DNA of 38,593 nt from Syntrophomonadaceae bacterium. GTDB taxonomy: Bacteria > Bacillota > Dethiobacteria > DTU022. The notes under the pieces were generated by a model, which had not been told where the DNA came from, made no database searches, and was given only the letters and a program-made list of their open reading frames with translations. The stretch lies in contig SKXC01000080.1 of NCBI GenBank assembly GCA_007128625.1, positions 1-38,593 of the forward strand, in the 5' to 3' direction. How positions within the stretch are numbered: position 1 is the first letter of the stretch; the number at the start of each line of letters is the position of its first letter. The translations under genes and the position numbers were made by a program. Below are positions 34,113-38,593 of the stretch, piece by piece.

Positions 34113-35489
34113 TTATTTACCAGATTTCAATTTACTTTTTAGATCGCCTACATAATCTTTCTTGTCTTTAGCAAGAACAGTAGCCAGGACAAGAAGAGCA
34201 ATCAGGTTTGGTGCGGCCATCAGTCCGTTCAAAGTATCGGCAATATCCCAGATCAAAACCAGTCCACCGATTGCCCCTACGAAGAGAAAGACCAGGAACA
34301 GCAGGCGATAAGGAATAATCACACCTTTACCAAAAATATACTCCCAGCTTTTTTCTCCATAAAAGTTCCAGGTTAGCATGGTTGTATAAGAAAACAAAAT
34401 CAGACCTACAAGTACGATTATACCGCCTGGACCCGGCAGGCCTGTGCTGAAGGCAGTAGAGGCGAGTTCGGCACCGGTAGTACCGGTCCATATTGCACCG
34501 GTAAGGATGATAACCAGGGAGGTCATGGTGCAGATTATGATGGTGTCGATAAAGGTTTCCCAGATGCCCCACATACCCTGCCGAACGGGGGTGTTTTTAG
34601 CCTGTGCGTGTACAATAGATGCTGCCCCCAGGCCGGCTTCGTTCGAGAAAATACCGCGGGCTATACCAAAGCGAACAGCAGCAGCGACTCCGGCTCCAGC
34701 AAAACCGCCTGTTGCAGCAATAGGATTGAAAGCATAGTAAAAAATTTGTCCAAATGCCCAGCCTATATGCTGTATGTTCATAAAAATAATAATCAATGAT
34801 CCAATGATGTAAACAATAGCCATAAACGGAACGATTCTTTCAGCGGTTTTTGCGATACGTTTAATCCCGCCCAGGGTGACCAGACCTGTTGCAATTACCA
34901 CCACAATACCTGAAACCCAGTTAGGGACACCGAAACCGGTTTCAAAGGCATGGGCAAAAGTATTGGCCTGGACCATGCAGCCGATTCCAAATGCGGCTAG
35001 TCCGGCCAGCAGGCCGTAAATAACTGCCAAAGGTTTCCACTTTGGACCCAGTCCTCTTTCGATGTAGTACATAACACCACCGGAAACCTCGCCGGTTTCC
35101 GGATCAATTTCCCGGTATTTTAGACCGAGGTTAGCTTCACCATACTTGGTGGCCATACCAACAAGAGCTGTAAGCCACATCCAAAAGACTGCTCCAGGTC
35201 CACCAAGAGCGATAGCAGTACTTACTCCGGCTATGTTCCCCACTCCGATTGTTGCTGCCATGGCTGAGGCTACAGCCTGAAACGAGGTAATGGACCCACC
35301 CTCGTCTTCTTTTGCTTTCGAAAAAAAGCGTCCAAATGTTTGTTTCCAGGCATGACCCAGGTGGGTGAACTGGAAGAAACCAAGACGGACAGTAAGGTAA
35401 AGACCTGTTCCAACCAAGAGGACCATAAACGGAGGGCCCCATACAATAGAATTAAGCCAATTATTGAAAGCTAGAAGAGCTTCTACCAC
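34113..35489 (-). CDS. Alanine/glycine:cation symporter (AGCS family)
   Basis: 458 aa and polytopic, with a typical AGCS N-terminus (LNSIVWGPPFMVLLVGTGLYLTVRLGFFQF). Contains SFQAVASAMAATIGVGNIAG and GIFSNEAGLG. GTG start 11 nt after AAGGAG. Confidence 0.9.
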   Translation of the reverse strand: MVEALLAFNNWLNSIVWGPPFMVLLVGTGLYLTVRLGFFQFTHLGHAWKQTFGRFFSKAKEDEGGSITSFQAVASAMAATIGVGNIAGVSTAIALGGPGAVFWMWLTALVGMATKYGEANLGLKYREIDPETGEVSGGVMYYIERGLGPKWKPLAVIYGLLAGLAAFGIGCMVQANTFAHAFETGFGVPNWVSGIVVVIATGLVTLGGIKRIAKTAERIVPFMAIVYIIGSLIIIFMNIQHIGWAFGQIFYYAFNPIAATGGFAGAGVAAAVRFGIARGIFSNEAGLGAASIVHAQAKNTPVRQGMWGIWETFIDTIIICTMTSLVIILTGAIWTGTTGAELASTAFSTGLPGPGGIIVLVGLILFSYTTMLTWNFYGEKSWEYIFGKGVIIPYRLLFLVFLFVGAIGGLVLIWDIADTLNGLMAAPNLIALLVLATVLAKDKKDYVGDLKSKLKSGK

Positions 35490-35613
35490 CGTACAACATC
35501 TCCTTAATAAATTATTTTATTGATGGAAAACCTGGCTGGTCTTGCTAAAAAGCTGTAAGTTTTCTATCACCTCCTGCCAGATGAACTGGCTCTTGCATGA
35601 TCTCTCTGCATAA

Positions 35614-35622
35614 ATTATAGCA
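35614..35622 (-). promoter_or_regulatory. Candidate extended -10 promoter element for the symporter gene
   Basis: The minus strand reads TGcTATAAT, but the -35 is poor (ACAATA). It would give a ~120-nt 5' UTR. Confidence 0.3.
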
Positions 35623-35773
35623 GCTCAGCTTCGATGTATTGTTTATTATGTTGTAATATTGAGCCGATATATTATTCGCTGTTTTGTATAAAAACCCTTT
35701 TTTTGATCAAAAAATATTTTTTTAAAAAAATAACTACACAATAGATTCAACCGGCTTAATAGTGTTTTTGCAA

Positions 35774-35817
35774 AAATAAATAAGCAGTCATTATTTATTT
35801 GGTGTCATTATTTATTT
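35774..35817 (+). repeat. Three copies of TTATTTATTT (one inverted, two direct) abutting the pntA promoter -35
   Basis: AAATAAATAA (35774-35783) is the reverse complement of TTATTTATTT. The 14-nt direct repeat GTCATTATTTATTT occurs at 35787-35800 and 35804-35817 (17-nt period). Confidence 0.7.
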
Positions 35818-35819
35818 AG

Positions 35820-35849
35820 TTGACTTACATGAAAGAATCTTGTTATAAT
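35820..35849 (+). promoter_or_regulatory. Near-consensus sigma-A promoter for the pntA leader
   Basis: TTGACT (35820-35825), 18-nt spacer, extended -10 TGtTATAAT (35841-35849). Confidence 0.6.
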
Positions 35850-35885
35850 CTAGGCATCTAAAAAGTTAATACCCATAAGGGGGAC

Positions 35886-35953
35886 GGGCCTCTGGCAGAA
35901 TCCTGCATAGTGCGGGATAGCGAAGGTAAAGGTCTCTTAGGCTTTAGAGGCCT
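35886..35953 (+). promoter_or_regulatory. Structured 5'-leader domain of unknown class upstream of pntA
   Basis: The closing stem GGGCCTCT / AGAGGCCT (8 bp, one G-U) encloses the hairpin ATCCTGC-ATAGT-GCGGGAT and the purine-rich AGCGAAGGTAAAGG. It lies between the promoter and the leader terminator. Confidence 0.4.
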
Positions 35954-35966
35954 ACTTTTAAGTTTA

Positions 35967-36027
35967 AAAGGCAGATGATCACCACAAGGAAAACCTGGTG
36001 ATCAAGATGCCTTTTTCTATTTGTTTT
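35967..36027 (+). terminator. Intrinsic terminator inside the pntA leader (attenuator)
   Basis: AAAGGCA-GAT-GATCACCA (35967-35984) pairs with TGGTGATC-AAGA-TGCCTTT (35996-36014). The stem is about 15 bp with a small internal loop and an 11-nt loop, followed by TTTTTCTATTTGTTTT. It ends ~90 nt before the pntA ATG. Confidence 0.75.
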
Positions 36028-36117
36028 AGAAATAACAATAGCTGGTCATAATCAAGCAAAAACAGATTGATACACCTGGATATCTTTAAGATTATAATAT
36101 AAAGGAGATGTGTTGTA

Positions 36118-37296
36118 ATGAAGTTTAGCGGCCTGACTGTTGTGGTTCCCCGGGAAATCATGACTGGTGAGAGAAGGGTGGCGGCAACACCTCAAACCGT
36201 CGAGCAGTGCGTAAAATCAGGAGCAAAGGTTTTAGTGGAAACCGGTGCCGGGGATAAAGCTTTTTTTCATGACGAAGATTATACCCGGGCTGGTGCGGAA
36301 ATATTATCTACTGCTGAAGAAATCTATCAAAACGCTGATATTGTGATTAAAGTTAAAGAACCTCAGTTTAATGAAGAATTGGGCAAGCATGAAATAGACC
36401 TTATGCCAGAAAACGGTATTCTTATCTCTTTTCTTCATCCGGCAAACCCGGCAAATCACAAGATGGTTAAAAAACTGGCCGATAAAGGAATAACCAGTTT
36501 TACACTGGACAGTATTCCCAGAATATCCCGGGCACAGAACCTGGATACTCTTACTTCCATGAGTACAGTAGCGGGCTATAAATCGGTTATTTCTGCTGCT
36601 TACAACCTGTCTCGTTTCGTTCCGATGATGCCAACTTCCGCAGGAGTATTACAACCTGCCCAATTTTTGGTAGTTGGTGTTGGTGTAGCCGGGCTGCAGG
36701 CGATTGCTACAGCCAAGCGCCTGGGTGCAAAGGTTAAAGCTTTGGATATCCGGCCCGAAGCCAATGAACAGGTGCGCAGCCTGGGAGCTGAATCAATACC
36801 TTTTGATCTTCCCGAAGGTCTTGGCGTTGGTGAGGGCGGTTATGCCAGGAGACTACCTGATGAGTGGTATGAGAAAGAAAGGGAAATTTTGGCTCCTCAT
36901 ATTAAAGAGAGCGACGCGGTTATCCTGGCAGCTTTAATTCCCGGAGAGGAAGCGCCTGTTCTGGTTACAAAGTCGATGGTTGAAGATATGAATAAGGGCT
37001 CTGTTATCGTCGACATTTCAATAGACCAGGGAGGCAACTGTGAATTAACCAGTAGGGGCGAAGAATTTGACTACGATGGTATTTTTATCAGCGGTCTGTT
37101 AAATATACCGGCATACCTGCCGGTTGATTCCTCAAGGATGTTTGCGCAAAACACTTTTAACTATCTTAGTTATTTAATAGAAGATGGTCAGCTAAAGTTT
37201 GATCTGGAAGATGAGGTCATCAGGGAATCCCTGGTTACTAAAGATAATAAAATAGTTCACGAAGGCACTTTAAAAGCTATTGAAGAACATAAATAA
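36118..37296 (+). CDS. pntA: NAD(P) transhydrogenase subunit alpha, part 1 (dI, NAD(H)-binding)
   Basis: 392 aa with an alanine-dehydrogenase/PNT N-domain, the Rossmann motif VVGVGVAGLQAIATAKRLGA and the RBS AAAGGAG. Confidence 0.92.
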   Translation: MKFSGLTVVVPREIMTGERRVAATPQTVEQCVKSGAKVLVETGAGDKAFFHDEDYTRAGAEILSTAEEIYQNADIVIKVKEPQFNEELGKHEIDLMPENGILISFLHPANPANHKMVKKLADKGITSFTLDSIPRISRAQNLDTLTSMSTVAGYKSVISAAYNLSRFVPMMPTSAGVLQPAQFLVVGVGVAGLQAIATAKRLGAKVKALDIRPEANEQVRSLGAESIPFDLPEGLGVGEGGYARRLPDEWYEKEREILAPHIKESDAVILAALIPGEEAPVLVTKSMVEDMNKGSVIVDISIDQGGNCELTSRGEEFDYDGIFISGLLNIPAYLPVDSSRMFAQNTFNYLSYLIEDGQLKFDLEDEVIRESLVTKDNKIVHEGTLKAIEEHK

Positions 37297-37323
37297 GTTT
37301 TTAAGGCAGGGAGGTTGTTTAGT

Positions 37324-37614
37324 TTGGCCCCCACAATAATAGTTTTCCTGGTAGTATGTGCTTTACTGGGGTATCGGGTAATATCGGCGGTGCCCTCATT
37401 ATTGCATACTCCGCTAATGTCGGGTATGAATGCATTATCAGGCATAACAGTTTTAGGGTCTATTGCCATTTATGCTGCTGCACCGCCTGGAGTGAGCAGC
37501 CTGGCCGCTGCAGCAATAATTTTAGCTATGATTAATGTGGTTGGTGGTTTCTGGGTTACTGAGCGAATGCTGAGAATGTTCAAACATGAGAAGAAACAAG
37601 AGGTTAAGGGGTGA
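37324..37614 (+). CDS. NAD(P) transhydrogenase subunit alpha, part 2 (membrane dII-alpha)
   Basis: About 96 aa with three TM helices and LHTPLMSGMNALSGI. The track start TTG 37315 abuts the RBS GGGAGG (37309-37314). TTG 37324 has 9-nt spacing. Confidence 0.85.
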   Translation: MAPTIIVFLVVCALLGYRVISAVPSLLHTPLMSGMNALSGITVLGSIAIYAAAPPGVSSLAAAAIILAMINVVGGFWVTERMLRMFKHEKKQEVKG

Positions 37615-38593
37615 CGGTCACTTTGTTAGAACTATTGATCCCTCTGTTAATCACCATCGGATTTTTAATAGGGATTCGTCTGATGCAGTCTCCCACCAGT
37701 GCCCTGTGGGGAAACCGGCTCGGTGCATTGTGTATGATTTTTGCTATTGGCTTTACTTTTTGGATCCTGGGCCTGGCAGATTCCTCTATATGGATTTACC
37801 TGGTAATCGGTAGTGTTTTGGGAATTATTTTAGGTCAACAGGTAAAAATGATCCAGATGCCCCAGACGGTAGCCTTATTTAACGGGCTTGGCGGTGGAGC
37901 TTCCGCCCTGGTGGCCGGCACAGCCATGGTTGTGGAATCAGGAGCTGTATTGTGGATATTCTGGCTAACTGCAGCGCTGGCCCTGGGGATTGGAACTCTT
38001 ACTTTTTGCGGAAGTATTGTTGCTGCTTTAAAGCTGCAGAACTGGATTTCTCAGAAGCCTGTTTTTTTTAAAGGGCATGACTTGATTTTACGCTTGTTAT
38101 TGCTGATGGGTGCAGCCCTGGTAATTGGGATGTATTTTTTACAGGCACCTGTATATCAATTTGTTATTCTGGGCGTTTTTGCTCTATATGGATTTTTGAT
38201 GGCTTTACGTATTGGTGGAGCAGATATGCCGGTTATTATATCTTTTCTCAACTCGCTTTCCGGTGTAGCTGCAGCAGTAAGCGGCCTTGCGGTAGGTAAT
38301 TTTCTTTTAGCCGGCGTCGGATCCCTGGTCGGTGTTGCCGGGATGATTCTTACCCAGTTGATGTGTCGGGCGATGAACAGGAATTTACCGGCAGTGTTAG
38401 GTGGTTTTAAAACCGGCGATTCACCCGAAAAGGAAAGAAAGGATCATGAAGCTCTTTCAGGATTATCCGCAACCCCGGAAGGAGAATCTATAAAAGAACC
38501 TGCTGCAGCTAAAGGAACAGAAACGGGGCAGGAAGCTAAAAGGTCCGGGATCAGTGCACCTGTTCTTTTGCGGGAGGCAGAAAAGGTTATAAT
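37611..38593 (+). CDS. pntB: NAD(P) transhydrogenase subunit beta (partial; runs off the window end)
   Basis: Not in the ORF track because it has no stop in the window. GTG 37611 overlaps the upstream stop (GTGA). My translation reads VTVTLLELLIPLLITIGFLIGIRLMQSP...MPQTVALFNGLGGGASALVAG...GADMPVIISFLNSLSGVAAA...MCRAMNRNL, which are PntB dII hallmarks. The frame stays open for 327 codons to 38593. Confidence 0.9.
   Translation, partial: MTVTLLELLIPLLITIGFLIGIRLMQSPTSALWGNRLGALCMIFAIGFTFWILGLADSSIWIYLVIGSVLGIILGQQVKMIQMPQTVALFNGLGGGASALVAGTAMVVESGAVLWIFWLTAALALGIGTLTFCGSIVAALKLQNWISQKPVFFKGHDLILRLLLLMGAALVIGMYFLQAPVYQFVILGVFALYGFLMALRIGGADMPVIISFLNSLSGVAAAVSGLAVGNFLLAGVGSLVGVAGMILTQLMCRAMNRNLPAVLGGFKTGDSPEKERKDHEALSGLSATPEGESIKEPAAAKGTETGQEAKRSGISAPVLLREAEKVI

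Noticed and set aside
35490-35700. An expected glycine riboswitch upstream of the alanine/glycine symporter, on the minus strand.
   Set aside because: I reverse-complemented and read the leader and found no GGAGAG / CCGAAGGGGCAA / CTCAGGC core. Only a short hairpin and an orphan SD are present, and these are reported separately.
35886-35953. Reading the pntA leader domain as a single-aptamer glycine riboswitch. The resemblances are CTCTGG..hairpin..AGCGAAGGTAAA..CTCTTAGGC versus the consensus CTCTGGAGAG..hairpin..CCGAAGGGGCAA..CTCTCAGGC.
   Set aside because: Key elements are missing or altered. GGAGAG is replaced by GGCAGA, which can no longer pair with the CTCTT strand. There is no P3/P3a/P3b hairpin after the GAAGG strand and no AAAGGAC segment. 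The resemblance is too partial to call, so I kept it as an unclassified leader.
37586-37813. A 75-aa track ORF at the pntAB/pntB junction.
   Set aside because: It is out of frame with, and fully inside, the open pntB reading frame that starts at GTG 37611. The Arg-rich translation has no motif.
1-38593. Mobile elements, prophage or defence islands, CRISPR arrays, tRNA/rRNA genes and long repeats.
   Set aside because: I saw no transposase, integrase or recombinase-like ORF, no repeat-spacer periodicity, and no tRNA-like T-arm (GGTTCGAATCC-type) in any intergenic region. Composition looks uniform, and every gene is metabolic or transport-related. Visual scanning cannot exclude small elements.

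Overview
This is a 38.6-kb chromosomal, non-mobile segment that reads like a Clostridia-type Gram-positive anaerobe. It has strong GGAGG-type RBSs, many TTG/GTG starts and 4-nt ATGA/GTGA gene overlaps, and some very acidic protein segments hint at a salt-adapted host. I support 37 protein-coding genes. I found no rRNA, tRNA, CRISPR array, transposase or integrase. All family assignments come from motif recognition by eye, since no searches could be run.

The window centres on glycine, alanine and one-carbon metabolism:
- fba, then a tandem glycine riboswitch driving gcvT-gcvH-gcvPA-gcvPB.
- A second translationally coupled block: two non-LipA radical-SAM genes, a short LplA/LipM-type lipoate ligase or octanoyltransferase, dihydrolipoyl dehydrogenase, and an AcoX-like ATP-NAD-kinase-family gene.
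- A NuoE/NuoF/HydA-N-terminal-like flavin/FeS module with no catalytic partner.
- An asparagine-synthase homologue whose N-terminal Cys nucleophile is replaced by Ser.
- Two HAD phosphatases, a Sir2 deacylase and a class-V (alanine/serine-glyoxylate) aminotransferase.
- On the minus strand, a small CCGGC-motif protein and cstA.
- GNAT, a CBS-pair protein and thiamine diphosphokinase, convergent with a TPP-riboswitch-controlled ykoF-like/thiX/thiY/thiZ-like salvage transporter.
- DUF362, L-threonine aldolase and an M20D amidohydrolase.
- On the minus strand, an FmdB zinc ribbon protein, alanine racemase and an alanine/glycine:cation symporter.
- pntAA-pntAB-pntB, with pntB open at the window end and missing from the ORF track.

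Most interesting observations:
1. The radical-SAM pair plus ligase embedded between gcv and lpd looks like the recently described LipS1/LipS2-type alternative lipoyl synthase rather than LipA.
2. A promoter, structured leader and terminator upstream of pntA match no riboswitch class I recognise.
3. The NuoEF-like module is an orphan.
4. The AsnB-like enzyme lacks its Cys nucleophile.

Several ORF-track starts are too far upstream and were re-called from RBS spacing.
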